64,000 bases of DNA from Octopus bimaculoides (taxonomy: Eukaryota): positions 52,093,357 to 52,157,356 of the forward strand of contig NC_068989.1 of NCBI RefSeq assembly GCF_001194135.2, written 5' to 3'. Positions 39,700-53,640 of the stretch are shown piece after piece. Under the pieces are notes generated by a model, which did no database searches, had not been told where the DNA came from, and saw only the letters and a program-made list of their open reading frames with translations. Numbering within the stretch: the stretch's first letter is position 1; each line of letters begins with the position of its first letter. The translations under genes and the position numbers were made by a program.

Positions 39700-40915
39700 G
39701 TCTTTATTTTGCGCCTGTTGCATGTCAGCCTATCCACCATCCAAGAAACATTCATAGATAAGAGAAGATTTCGGTGCCGAGGATTCAAAGTGGAAATTTT
39801 CTGTTATGCGTCTCTGTTTAATTTGACCATCAATGTTTTTTTTTCCCTTTTATTTGGCATTCAGAACCGAAATTCCAATGACATTTCAAAAGTGCTGCAT
39901 GAAAGTTACCTGCATGTTGCAGTAAATTCGTTTCAAACAAATATTTCCCCAGCCGCCTGTTGTAGCATTTAGATCCTTTGGGGATAACTGGCGACATTTG
40001 AAGAAAATCTGCAAAAAGAACTGTTACTCCTCCCTTGAGTGTGCTATTGTCTTTTATGTCTTGGAGAGTACACTCAAATACCTCAGGAGCTCCACAATGC
40101 GGCAAGTTTGTTGGAGAATTGTTGCCATTGCAGAGGTTTTGGAAATGTTGCACATTTGAGATTCTTTCACTGCAAGGGTTAGAGGGAGCTTGAACAGGAA
40201 ATGATCAGTTCCTCCCCCATTGAGGAGGGTTGTTGCAATACCAGAAGATGCAACACTGGAAGAACTTTAGATTTTATTTCCTCCCATTTAGGATTGCAGG
40301 TGAAAGTGACAAAAAGATCTAGTTCTCCATATGTCCTGACATTTGCCAAAGCATATTGTGTTCGTTCGTGCATATATCGAAGACCACCTGTGGATGACGA
40401 TGGGAGGATTATTTGTTTCCCCATGTTTTGAATATCACCATCGGTCCACATAGCATCTTATAGAGATGAACAAAAGTTTTATCTCTTAACATTTTTATTG
40501 TTACGAACGTAGAGGAGACGCTAACTCTCAACTTTAGCATGCATATCAACCAAGTATTACTGTAATAGATCACAATACATGAGTAATTGATTTGATTGTT
40601 CTGCTCTTAATATCAGTGGGGAAGAATATAAGTTATTTGACGACACCTTTTTGTTTATAATTGACTCTCCTGTTGCAGGTCCAATCTCTGAAATATTGAA
40701 ATGGTACACATCTTGTCTATTCACACAATAAGAGGATACTGGAGGGTATCATAAGAGGGATCAGTCTCTGAAACACGTTTAAGGTTGTTATCTCGAGCCC
40801 GAAGGAGAATATCACGGTTTTCATAGGGATCACCTACCGTAAAGATGGCTACTTCATTAGATGTGGGCTCATTAAAACGACGTAAACTGTCTTTTCGTGT
40901 AGTTTACTATGGACG
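39700..40915 (-). mobile_element. Internally deleted Helitron RepHel remnant (Rep fused to Pif1-like helicase part)
   Basis: RRFNEPTSNEVAIF...RDILLRARDNNLKRVSETDPSYDTLQYPL; IILPSSSTGGLRYMHERTQ...DLFVTFTCNPKWEEI (Rep); then LNGGGTDHFLFKLPL...CNISK and TLQDIKDN...GGVTVLFADFLQMSPVIPKG (helicase). Confidence 0.92.
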
Positions 40916-42493
40916 TAATGAACGCAGAAACACACGCACACATTCGCAGAAACAGACGCTCATAAAAATGATAATATTGAAAACAGAAAAGCGTACACAC
41001 ACGAAGTTCATGCGAAACGAAATGTAGTCAATATAGGTGCAAAACATACTTTCTGTGGCATAGTTATACTATAAAACTTCTTTTAGGGAATATTTCCAAA
41101 AGAAATATTCCAGCATCGGGAAGTCACCAATTTAGCAAAAATTACTTTGCGTCACTAATGTAATAATGTACAGACAGTCAACCTTTATTAGGAACATGTA
41201 TTAAATGTTATAAAATTCAAGATTGAATGTCACGCTGAAGAAAGTCAAACTCCAAAGAAAATTCAGAAGGCATAATTAAATTTTTCATGCAAAAGTAATT
41301 TATTATTTTACAATTTCTTAACGAACACTGAACATAGTGAGTACGAAGGAATATGTTGCGGTTGTGAACGTTAATTCATTTAAAACACTTGCTGAAGGAT
41401 GTATGTAGGAAGACATAAATCAATTTGACATCACTTACTATATATTTTAACTGTGTACGTTTACAGGCTGTAGAATAAATACTGACTAACGCAGTAAAAA
41501 GGTTGTGCAGCGTTGAATACACTCACTGATACAGCATCATAGTAGGAATACGATAAGGACGCTAGGGCTGTTAAAAAAAAGACATTATCTTCAAACTGTT
41601 TATAAGGACTAGATAAACATTCCTGTAATTATTTTGAAAGAGCCGCTAAGGCTTTCTACGTCAGCAAGTTTCCCAATTTGTTATATTAACCAGAAGAGCA
41701 ATTTTTTTGTCAGATAAATGTTTGAGCGTTGTAATGGCTGTCAAAGCAGACAAAACTTCATGTTGGCTATAAAGACTAGAATAATATTTCAGCACATAAG
41801 TAGTGATAATCGTTAATGCTGTTTAAACCGCAAATCTACATGATGAAAAGGAAAATCCAAAGTGCGGCACTTCAAAGTGAATGTTTTTGTTCGTTCATAG
41901 TCGAGGCCGCAACTAAACTATACTCTTTCAAAATGGGTGCATTTCACTGTTGGGCTGTATAGTCACACACATACACTAAGACAGACACACACAAACATAC
42001 ATTCACGCACACCTCAGGCCTATCTCTGTCCCTCTGTTTGTCTGACTCTCTCTTTTGATGTGTCTGTGTGTGTGTGTGTGCGCGCGTGTGTGTCAGTCGT
42101 CACAAAAATGTATGTATACTTACAGACACATACACCGTCACATATAGTCAAACACATATACTTCTAAGTCATCAGCCTAACGTGCGTAACGAACGCGCAA
42201 GCACACACTGACAGTCACATACACACTGATATAGAAAATTTGACGTCGTCGTCATATAAAATGTCGTTTACCATAGCTGACTTGGAGAAAGATTATAATG
42301 TTAAACTTTGTAATACAAATATGTAAATGAAAATAAATTTAATTTGGTAGCCGAAAGAATACTGAACATTTTGATATCTCATACGTCAAAATCAGCATGC
42401 CAGTTTTTGAATCCATAAGGAACATACGCGCACACACACAGATACACACACACACATACACACGCACACACATTTTCTCTTATATATATATAT

Positions 42494-43868
42494 CTGACTA
42501 CACACATCAGCTAAGTCATAGAACGGATAGTCAGAGGAGAAACTATTGGCATTCCTTAAAGAAAATAATTTGCTGAGTGATACCCAGCATGGCTTTCGAG
42601 CAGGTAGGAGCCGCCTGACCCAGTTCTTACAATATTATTAGTGGGTGTTGAGGTAGTTACTCAACAACTCAAACGTGGATGTAATATACCTTGATTTTGC
42701 AAAAGCTTTTGACAAAGTGTCATGGTATGATAAGCCACAAAATACGTGATCGCGGCATAGCTGGAAAACTTGGAGAGTAGTTATATGACTTTCTACCTCC
42801 AAGGAAACACAAATAGTGAGCGGTGTTCCACAGGGTACTGTCTTGGGACCACTGCTTTTCATAGTGACCTTCTCAGATATGCCCTCAACTGCCCGGACAT
42901 CCACCCTTGCAAGCTATGCAGACGATACGAAAGTCTCGCAGAAAATACAGAACCCCGTCGATGTTGCAGATCTGCAGCAGGAGTTGGACTCAATATACAG
43001 ACGGGCTGGGGAAAATAATATGCAGTTTAATGCTGACAAATTCCAAGTCCTGCGCTACCAGAGTCCAAAACTGAATATGAATCTTACAGGGTACACTTAT
43101 CCCCAGAGAATTACAATTCCAGAACCTAAATCAGTGAGAGACCTGAGTATCGACATGAGTGATGATACCTCTTTCCAAGTGCACATCACCAGGGTGGCGA
43201 CAAAGTGCAGATGACTGGCTGGATGGATCCTAAGAAAATTCAGAACTATAGATACAGAAACCATGATGGTCCTCTTGAGGACATTCGTCCTCAGCCGCCT
43301 GGATTACTGCTCACAGCTACGGTCACCCAACAGTGTAAAATCATCAGCGGACCTTGAAGCAATTCAGCGAAGCTTCTCGAACAAGATCGCCTCTTTGCAA
43401 CAGCTCAGCTACTGAGAAAAGCTGAAACAGCTAAGCCTGTACTCCCTAGAGCGAAGGCGATAGAAGTATGCAGTGATATACATCTGGAAGATCCTGGAAA
43501 GAATTGTGCCAAACATTGGCATTGAAAGCTACACCAATGCCAGAACGGGTTGACACTGCATAGTGCCAAAGATCCCAGCAATGCCATCGCGCTTCAGGAC
43601 CAGTTACTGCAACAGCCTGGATTTCAGGGGCCCACAGCTTTTTAATATTCTCCCAAAGAGCCTGAGGAATCTCCGCAAAGTAGATGTAGGCGTTTTAAAA
43701 TCATGGTTGGACCTCTTCCTGTCGAGAATCCTAGATGAACCTACCTTACGGCAAGAGGTGCAAATGAGGATAGCTACATCAAACTCCATTCTATTAAAGG
43801 AAGATTTCAGTAATAAAATTGTAGCAAAACTGTGGTGCTCCAGCATGGCCACAGCCATGAGCTGAAAC
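42494..43868 (+). mobile_element. 5'-truncated CR1-group LINE: RT domain, C-terminus and 3' tail, with stops and an internal deletion
   Basis: QHGFRAGRS; VDVIYLDFAKAFDKV; SGVPQGTVLGPLLF; YADDTK; MQFNADKFQVL; VRDL; VLSRLDYCSQL; LYSLERRR; GPQLFNILP. The 3' end is gtggtgctccagcatggccacagcc. Confidence 0.93.
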
Positions 43869-46800
43869 TACAAATATATGTATGTATATATATATATATA
43901 CATTATATACATATAACATTACTATTGATTTTTTTTTCTAGTATATTACACTATAGCCACTTTCTTTTGACTACTCTACTGTTTCTCCCAACTGCTACCT
44001 GTGTTGTGTTGTAATCAGCATTTGATATCTAGAACACGCTTAGTAAATTATCATTCTATTTTACAGAATATCAGTCTCAAGCGGGAAATGTTGTTAATTT
44101 TGACAGATTATTTCCGGAACAGCAGCAAAGCATAATTAACAAATGATAAAGGAACCTGATTACATACGAGGATATATCATTCTTCGGTTTGCCTGTAGGG
44201 TTTCTTATTTATTTCTTTTCTTACAATCTGTTAATTTCCCATGTTGATTACTTTTAAATTAATATGAAAGAAGAACGAATCCGAAAGTTTTACGTTCAAT
44301 TGTCTTCCTTATTTTGTATTAATTTTTGTAATTTACTCAGTGAAAGAGAGTACAATGCATGACATATTTTCATGTTCCCTAAAACGTCCAAGTTCAAAAT
44401 ATTCACATCTCATGGTATACCAACCGAAACCAAATAAAATGTCTACATTCAAAAACAAAAAAAAAACGGACATAAAGTTTCTGTTATAGAAACAGATATG
44501 CGCTATTATAAAATATGCCATTGTTTAATTGTTTACGCAATAAAAACAGCATAGAAACATATAAATAACTCATAAATATTTATCCATCATTTGAAAACTA
44601 TAATAGACGAGACAGGGGATTTATTAAAAAGAGTCAGCCTATTTTCATTTTCAGCTCATGTAATTTTATTTAAGTTGCACTGTTAAATTCACTGAGTAAT
44701 TGTTAAAAACCACAAGCTGATTCATGTACCAAAATAATTGTTTCTAGGAGGTGAGTAAATATACCTTAATCATTTTGTTTGCAAATGTTTAATTACCGTT
44801 GCCACATAGACGACAACACAATATGAAGAATGAATGAAATATTTATTAAATTTACGCAGTTACATTTAAGCAAGATATACAAAGTTTTTGAGCTATTTTA
44901 AAATGAATGAGACATATTCCAGTTTCTTTTCAAGTAAAATGGTATTTTATATTTCAGTTAAGGAAAACATATTTGCCTGCTGACTATTTTTTGGGGCTAT
45001 TTAGGATACAATTCAAGTGTTATAACATCATGCATAGCATGACTCAGCATTACGTTAACAATTGGCGAGGACGTTATCTCTAGCTTGAAAACAATCACTC
45101 CAATGCCATATATTATAGTGATTGTAAACTATTGTGAAGGTGTCAACACACATCAGAAGATTTCCCCTTGGAATCTGACGTCTCTTTAGCTTCATATGTA
45201 TTGGATATGCTCCGGATCGGTTTATTCTTATATACCTTATGCTATTCATATTACAATGACAGATTAGAAAGTAATATATATCACCAAATCATATATTACA
45301 ATATTTTAATATCTTCTTTATTAGAATTCCATATTAAACAAGTATTATCGATCATTTCAGAAGAAAATGTACAGAAATATTTCCGATCAAGAGAAAACAA
45401 TTTATCTCAAGTTAACGATGTGATGTGATTATATTAGTGTTTTCCTTACCACTAATTCTGTTTTAAGATATATGAAGCACCCGTTTATAACAGACTTTAA
45501 GTTATACAGTATAAATCAATTATTTATCAACATTTCTTAAGGCATCCAAGACGCGTGTGTATTTTTTAGAAGGACTGCCTCCTTAAATTTCTTATGGAAC
45601 TGTAAAATAATATGAAAGGCGGGATTATTCAGCCTACATATGGGAAGACTTATTGAATAAGCGAAGTCCATACCGTATAACTAGCACCAGAAATGCTATT
45701 GAATGTTAATAAATATCGAGCAAATGCTTTTGGTGCTCCGAATGATCACATGCCGCATCAGTATTGCAACTGAAATAAACAATCGGCAGATTTAGAATAA
45801 AAGCAAGCTTTAATAAGGTTACAACAAATGCAATCCAGGTCACCAAATGCGAGGTGATGTAGGTGTCGATCAAGTATATAAAATGAGATGCAAGTCTATT
45901 ATTTGATGAAATATTAGTCTTTGTCTAGAGGGCTTTAAAATTCATTTGATGAAGAAAAGATTGCTGTCAATTTAAATATGTTCCTGTAGTTCTGACAATA
46001 TCTCTTAATATAATTGATTAGAATATCTGGCTCGCTGAAGGGTAATTAAGAATTGTAATATATATATANNNNNNNNNNNNNNNNNNNNNNNNNNNNNNNN
46101 NNNNNNNNNNNNNNNNNNNNNNNNNNNNNNNNNNNNNNNNNNNNNNNNNNNNNNNNNNNNNNNNNNNNNNNNNNNNNNNNNNNNNNNNNNNNNNNNNNNN
46201 NNNNNNNNNNNNNNNNNNNNNNNNNNNNNNNNNNNNNNNNNNNNNNNNNNNNNNNNNNNNNNNNNNNNNNNNNNNNNNNNNNNNNNNNNNNNNNNNNNNN
46301 NNNNNNNNNNNNNNNNNNNNNNNNNNNNNNNNNNNNNNNNNNNNNNNNNNNNNNNNNNNNNNNNNNNNNNNNNNNNNNNNNNNNNNNNNNNNNNNNNNNN
46401 NNNNNNNNNNNNNNNNNNNNNNNNNNNNNNNNNNNNNNNNNNNNNNNNNNNNNNNNNNNNNNNNNNNNNNNNNNNNNNNNNNNNNNNNNNNNNNNNNNNN
46501 NNNNNNNNNNNNNNNNNNNNNNNNNNNNNNNNNNNNNNNNNNNNNNNNNNNNNNNNNNNNNNNNNNNNNNNNNNNNNNNNNNNNNNNNNNNNNNNNNNNN
46601 NNNNNNNNNNNNNNNNNNNNNNNNNNNNNNNNNNNNNNNNNNNNNNNNNNNNNNNNNNNNNNNNNNNNNNNNNNNNNNNNNNNNNNNNNNNNNNNNNNNN
46701 NNNNNNNNNNNNNNNNNNNNNNNNNNNNNNNNNNNNNNNNNNNNNNNNNNNNNNNNNNATATATATATATATATATACATGTTCTGTTCATTGGAAGCCG

Positions 46801-47809
46801 TAGTATAAGGGCAGTGTGAAACAGAGGAGCAGAGTGAGTGGAAGAGTGAATGAGTGAATGCCTCTTTTATTTTCGTTGTTTCTTATTGCAGAGTTAAGAA
46901 CAAAGAGAGGAAAGAGCATACTTGTTTTCTTTTTGTTTTTGTTTTCATATGACTCATTATTACACATATATGTATATACGTTTATTCATATATTACATAT
47001 ACAAATGTACGTGACATATGGTTCATTTGTGTCCGTCATTCGACCTTCAATACATTATGCAATTAATGCAATGAAACCTTAAAAATATTTCGTACTCTTC
47101 TACCCTTATCTAATAGTTATTACAATCAATGAGCATGTAAAATTAGATCTGTAATTTTTCTATATAAGGTTTCTCATCTGACAGACACGCATAATTAACG
47201 CATGACACACCATTGCAGTTTTCCTGTGTATATCATTAGTTTGAACATGCTACGTCACAATTTATTGTATTTTAATTAAATATGGATCTTTTCTATTATG
47301 TAGCGACACATTTCTCGTTTAAGTACTCATCGCACTCGCTACAGTGTTGAATGTTATAAATTAGATGTTCGGAAATAGTTAACGGATTATCACCAAATGA
47401 CAATACATTAAATATCAATAAAATATGGTTAAACAAGTGTCTGGGAAACTAGAATTAAAAATATAATTTTAGAAAAAAATACGCTAACTTAATATTTCTT
47501 CGTATGTTTAATGGGAGGACAAATTTTGTTGTTTCGATCAGAAATGTTTCCGTTTTTTTTAACCATATAAGCTATTTATCGATTGATAGCTTGTCGTTGC
47601 GTACAAATAACTACCAGCAAGAATATTAAGCTTTTATGACGATACGAAGTTATAACATTTACATACAGAATTAATAATATGAATCGCAATGTCTAATAGT
47701 ATTATGTGTGAAAGTATACTTAAATATTAAGAAAATTATTTAACTTTTTGAAAAGAGCCAGAACACACCAATTTTACGGAGGCAATAAAAATGTCTCATA
47801 TAGAAACAA

Positions 47810-47945
47810 GGTTATAGTTTTGTGGAGAGGTGTGAGACAATTAAATTGATCTCAGTATTATATTTTCACTGGTACTATATTTTCACGATTTCAGAGGACA
47901 GAAATTAATGTTAGCCGAGGAGATAATTCGAACGCAGAACGTATA
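47810..47945 (-). mobile_element. Degenerate SINE remnant, probably related to the 26940 family
   Basis: ttcactggtact...agccgagg...ttcgaacgcagaacg resembles ttcactggtactt...gaatttgaaatccgaacg at 27001-27070. Confidence 0.4.
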
Positions 47946-48749
47946 ATAGGATATCTAAATACCTACAAAATAAATTTGTCCAGAGCTCTGAGAATTCCAA
48001 AGATAAAGGCTGCATTGAGTACAGTTCCGTTTGATGAACCTGTATCAGTTTGATAACCATGGAAGAACAAGCAAATATGAGAACGCAGCCTCTTTCTTTG
48101 TATTTAAGCTTCTAGAAATAATATTCAAATTTCCCTGAAATACTACACTTTCTTCTTAAATATGGAGGAATACACCAGACAAATACTCCCTAGCCATGCC
48201 CATGAAACCTGAGTTAAATTACATTAATCATATATATGATATATGGTTGATCAAAAATAGGAAGAATGTGCGACTAAAATAGCAACAGAAGCAGCAGCAA
48301 CCAGAAACTAAATCATCTCCTGTTACGTTTAGACATATTAACTGCATATTAACAGTGCAGCTTCCTGGGAAATTTAATCGTTAAACATTCATATTAATTA
48401 TGATGAGTTCAGCAGTCAAGACCATACACTGTGGAGGAGATTATGGCCGACTGCATTAAATCTCAAATCATAAAATACTCCAATCTGCTGAAAGCAATGT
48501 CCTCAGGGGAAACAAAAATGAACTCATAAAATTAAGTAATCATTTCATAGTGACCAATGCTCCAGCGAAGTTGGAAAAGTACATTTCAATGCAACACCTT
48601 CCCGCTATATTTGTTTACAAACTATATGTTATAAAAGAATGAAGAATATTCGTTATAAGGTCGAGAATGTAAAAGGTGCCGTTCACAGTAATCGATATCA
48701 TGTAAAAAAAATCATGTGTAATGAATGAATTTTTTTGGAGTTAATATAG

Positions 48750-49830
48750 ATATAGCGGATGCGAAAAGTATTTGAGGAGATATGCAGTTTTAGTCATTAT
48801 TGTATTTCAGAAAATAACAATGACAGGTCCTATACTTACTTACGAAAAGAAAGAGGCATGCTGTGATTGTGGCTATGAAGGCTAAAGGTGGTGATTTAGA
48901 AATTTCACGTTTTCTGAAAGTTGCGATATCTTTTCTCCACAAGATTCAGTGTGAGATAGAGAAAGAAGATAGAAGCGTGTTACCAGTAAAAGACAAAACA
49001 TTGCAAGCGCTCTGATTCTATGAGGACATCTGAATTTATTCAGGAAGTTAAGCAGAACATTGAATACAATCCAAGAAAAAACAATGAGATCAATTGTAAA
49101 AAAATCGTGCGTAAGAAACAGCAATCAGAAATGTTGTGCATGAAAACATGAAATACAAATCTTACGTGATGAGGAGAGGTCAATACATGTCAGGAAAACG
49201 AAAAGAAAACTGTTCAATGAGATCCAAAAGTCTCTTCAAGAAACTTTAAAATCCATCAGAAAGCTAACAGAAGATAACAGATGGCTATGTGCAAACCCTT
49301 CCGAGGTTTCAAGAGTAATGCCACAAAATTTCCTGCCCGTGTCATTGTTTGGGGTGCTGTTAGCAATAAAGAACACGTGATGCATGCTCACTTTTTGCCT
49401 CAAGACCTTAGGGTGAATGCTGCTGCGTAAATTGAGGTTCTGGATAAAGTTGTTAAGCCTTGGATCAACAGTGTATGAAATGGAAGTCATTATGTCATTC
49501 AACAAGATGCTGCATCAACAGACAAGGCTCCAATGACACAAGATGGATGGGTGACAATTTGCATGATCACATCATCCACAGCATTTCAACCCTTAATTCT
49601 TCAGTTCTCAATCCACTGGACTACTATGTATGGAGCATTCTTGAGAAAAATGTCAATGAACAACCCCCTAGAACCAAAGATTCTTTCATAGCCGCCATAG
49701 TTCGAGTGATGTTCGATATGAAAACGACCACTTAATAAGATGTTGTAAACGATTTCCATCCCACGCAGAGGCAGTTATTGGTGCATATCTTGGTTTTATT
49801 CAATGAAATTCTTAAATTGATAATTTAGCT
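48750..49830 (+). mobile_element. Tc1/mariner-superfamily DD37D (maT-type) transposon, decayed
   Basis: ATG at 48820: KRHAVIVAMKA...LEISRFLKVA; MKYKSYVMRRGQ; RWLCANPSEV; VIVWGAVS; LRVNAAA*IEVL..VVKPW; VIQQDAAS...NSSVLNPLDYYVWS; stop at 49804-49806. I count 37 residues between the QQD aspartate and the LDY aspartate (across one frameshift). The first catalytic D region appears deleted. Confidence 0.88.
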
Positions 49831-49856
49831 TCAGGTTTATATTTATGTTATGTCTG

Positions 49857-49889
<33 letters not shown>

Positions 49890-50081
49890 NNNNNNNNNNN
49901 NNNNNNNNNNNNNNNNNNNNNNNNNNNNNNNNNNNNNNNNNNNNNNNNNNNNNNNNNNNNNNNNNNNNNNNNNNNNNNNNNNNNNNNNNNNNNNNNNNNN
50001 NNNNNNNNNNNNNNNNNNNNNNNNNNNNNNNNNNNNNNNNNNNNNNNNNNNNNNNNNNNNNNNNNNNNNNNNNNNNNNNNN

Positions 50082-50113
<32 letters not shown>

Positions 50114-51130
50114 ATGTATGTATTTGTATTCATGTTACATTAAAGGTATTTGTACATTAAATTGAAGGATTACTCAGTACATTTTGTAGAGTACAAGTTT
50201 ATTATTTTTCCACGAGAATAGTATTGATAGTGACTTTGAAATTTCTAGCAGGGAAGCCATCTTGTTTATATTTGCTATTAGTGAGTGGGCGGTTAGTATA
50301 AAACTTGATATGTTTATTTCCCAATTGCGTACATGTTACTAACAGTGCAGGAAAGTAGTGTTAGTTTGTGTGTGCACATACTGTTCTGTTTTGTGTAGCT
50401 AGTGTGTGTATTTTGCAAACACGTATCACAATTCAGATGGTGTGATTTTTTTGTTTATTATTAAAGAACTTAACTCGGTCGAATAGAATGTGACAGCTCT
50501 CATCTGTACATAAATTACAGGCTTTTATTTGATGAGGAATGCTTGCGCTTATGTAATGACTCTCCATTGTAGTTACTTTCAAGTATTGTATTAGTGATGT
50601 TGGCAGCGTATTTGATACGTGAATTAATCTCTTACGTACATGAAATCCACAATATTTTTTCGGTCTTAGATCATTTGAATCCTGTATAAACACTTGGATG
50701 ACATCTACATGGCATTACACACCATAATTTTTAGAGACAATGTTTTCAAAAGTCAACTAACCTCGACGCATTGAAAGCATGTATGTGAACTGTATAAAAT
50801 GGGCTTCAATGTTATTACTAATAACTCTCTGAACCATTCAGTTATCCTGCCGATGGCGTTACGATGATGTTCTACACTTGTCTTAATCTAATTATTCACA
50901 AATGCAATGAAATGTTTCATTCAGAAACACGCGCAGGCGTGGATTTGATACCATTCAATTGTAACTATGTTAGAGGTTATATAGAAGCAATTTAATGTAA
51001 AATACCCGAAAATGCTCTTCTTAGCACCGTTGACAAATTCAAACACAAACAATCTATCATACAAACATTTGAATATAGTTCAGATGACGCATATAATTAT
51101 GTATGTGTGCGAAGAGGTTTACCACACTCA

Positions 51131-51179
<49 letters not shown>

Positions 51180-51273
51180 ACAGATAGGTAGATATATGTA
51201 TCGATAGATATATAGACAGACAGATAGACATGCAAATAGATGTAAGTATATTATAAAGATATGCCTATATATT

Positions 51274-51328
<55 letters not shown>

Positions 51329-51997
51329 TTATATATTCGCAGAATTATATGCAGACTACAAATTCAATATAAAGAAATTAAACATCTAATGCTCAATTAA
51401 TGGAAATCTACTTGAACTTTTTCAGGTATGTTATATTTCTAATATTTCTAATGGAATGAAATTAATATCGAGAAACAAATACTGAATGAAGAACCTGCAA
51501 ATATAGAGATGTTCCATACACAAACTACCCTGTTGTTTGACACCATTATAAATTCCATAAATTCCAAGTGCTATGTATTTTATTTCAGAACTCCATTTTA
51601 TTCATGCCGAGTTTTTAATGCATTCACGTTATGATATTTACTGCTTTCCTAAAATTACAACTTTATTTACTTGTCATATATGATATATATTTTTATTCAT
51701 ATATTTATTATATAAAAATGTTTCTTAAGCTATCTATGGAAAGCATGGTGTGATGTGATCGCGAGGAATAAGTGATTTCTTACTGAAATTAGACACACAC
51801 ACATACACATATATGCATACATATACATACAAGCATACATGCACGCATGAACTCCGCCCGCACGTATGTATGTTTTTGTAGAAATATATATGTATTAACG
51901 TGTATGCATTTTGTGTGTGTGTGTGTGGATGTGTGTGCGTGTGTGGATTTATGTGTATGTGTGTGTGTTTATGTGTGTATGTATGCGTGTATGTGTG

Positions 51998-52045
<48 letters not shown>

Positions 52046-53219
52046 TTATAGCACGCAACGAAATGAAAACTGTTTAAAACATTCAACATTCGGATCCATC
52101 TTCTCTCATTTCAAAAATATAAAGATATTTTAAATATTATCGTAATGTATCTAATTCCAGTCCCTGCAGTTTATCGATCTTATTCTGGCCATAACCTGAC
52201 CATGTTATCAATTAGGAAATAAAATGTCCGGTTCTTTCAGCACAGCGAGAAACATAAGATCCTTTTCTGTATCTTATAAGGACACCCAGAGTCAAAATTA
52301 TGCATGAATCAATTCTCATTTATGAATATCTACCGCTATCAGCAAAGCTGTACAGCTCTTATATTTATATTGAATTGATAATTATAAGGATAAAGTACAA
52401 CTTCAACACATGGCTTTGTAAATGTTTCAAATCGGGAACTGATAGGTAATTACTTGTTGAAACTCACTTTCTCTAAACACAATGCTCTCTTTGGTACAAA
52501 TGTGTATGATATTAAACTTCCAATTCTCGTGCATGAAAAGCTTTAAATACAGAGAGGTAGCCACTGAAATTTAGTTTATTCCACGTTCCAAGAAATTGCT
52601 TATGTTTGATTATGTTATAACTAGAAAGAAATATAAAGCGATGTGAAACATATCCTAGTTTCAAGGGGCGAATTTCATACGTCTAAAATTAATTTTCAGT
52701 ACTTACACTGGAGGACCTTCGCAAATTCAATGCAAACCCTATCAGGCAAGTATCAAAGTAGCACACCTTGAGCGTTCTAACTACATGGTTAATCATTTAA
52801 ATCACATTTTACTACATTTAGGAAGGATTTCTTTATTCCAAGTATATACAAATTATATTATCCTTGCAATTATATTAGCATAATTACCTTTATTGAAATG
52901 AAACTTTATAGACTCAAAGAAAGTTTGGAAAGGAAATAAGAAGCATGAAACATTAGAAGTATATTGACTGCCTCAAAGATTATTAAAAACATCTATGAAA
53001 ACGACGTTCTGAAAGAGTTTTACTTACATACAGTTAAATTTAGGGATCACGTGCAATTTCTTTTACCTGCATTGGGAGAGAAAAAAAAGACCTATAAGCT
53101 TCTTCAGTTCCGTAAAAACTAAATTATTTTCATTAACTATTTCATTAAAGACCAAAATATACATAATTGCTTCAAGAATTTCTTAATTGCATTCAAGTAC
53201 GTGCTTTGATCAAACATAA

Positions 53220-53640
53220 ATATGGAAGGCACAAAGAATAACAGGTATTCTGGTAGAGATGCTCACGTTAGGATGGCGAATTTTCTGATTAATATTTATA
53301 CTTAATTTGTGGGGAAAAGAATGTAGTATTTCATTATTGGGAAAGCGATGTGGTGTTATAGGTGTGCAACGTGAAATATGATAAAGATATTTGCAATAAT
53401 TATCGAGGTGTTTATCCTTTCAATGATGAGAGGGAATATTGAGCAGAATTATTCTTGACATGCTCGTTCATCGCATTTGGGATACACCTTTCTGAGTTTC
53501 AATTAGATATTTGTGTTGAACGAGGAACCAATAATATGCATTCTGAGACTTTCAAATAAAAGAAAATGCAAGGAACCAAGACCTGACCTCTTGCATTAAT
53601 TTACTAACCTCTACAACTGAATCATACGCAACACTGAAAG
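53220..53640 (+). mobile_element. Decayed RTE-type LINE RT fragment
   Basis: DKDICNNYRG; ERGTNNM; RKCKEPRPDL correspond to GD...CNNYRGISL, RGT.DM and QEKC.EQ..DL. Confidence 0.65.

Noticed and set aside
45660-45760. LAPEMLL, kinase subdomain VIII-like
   Set aside because: Preceded by a stop; no DFG or D.WS.G; no splice context.
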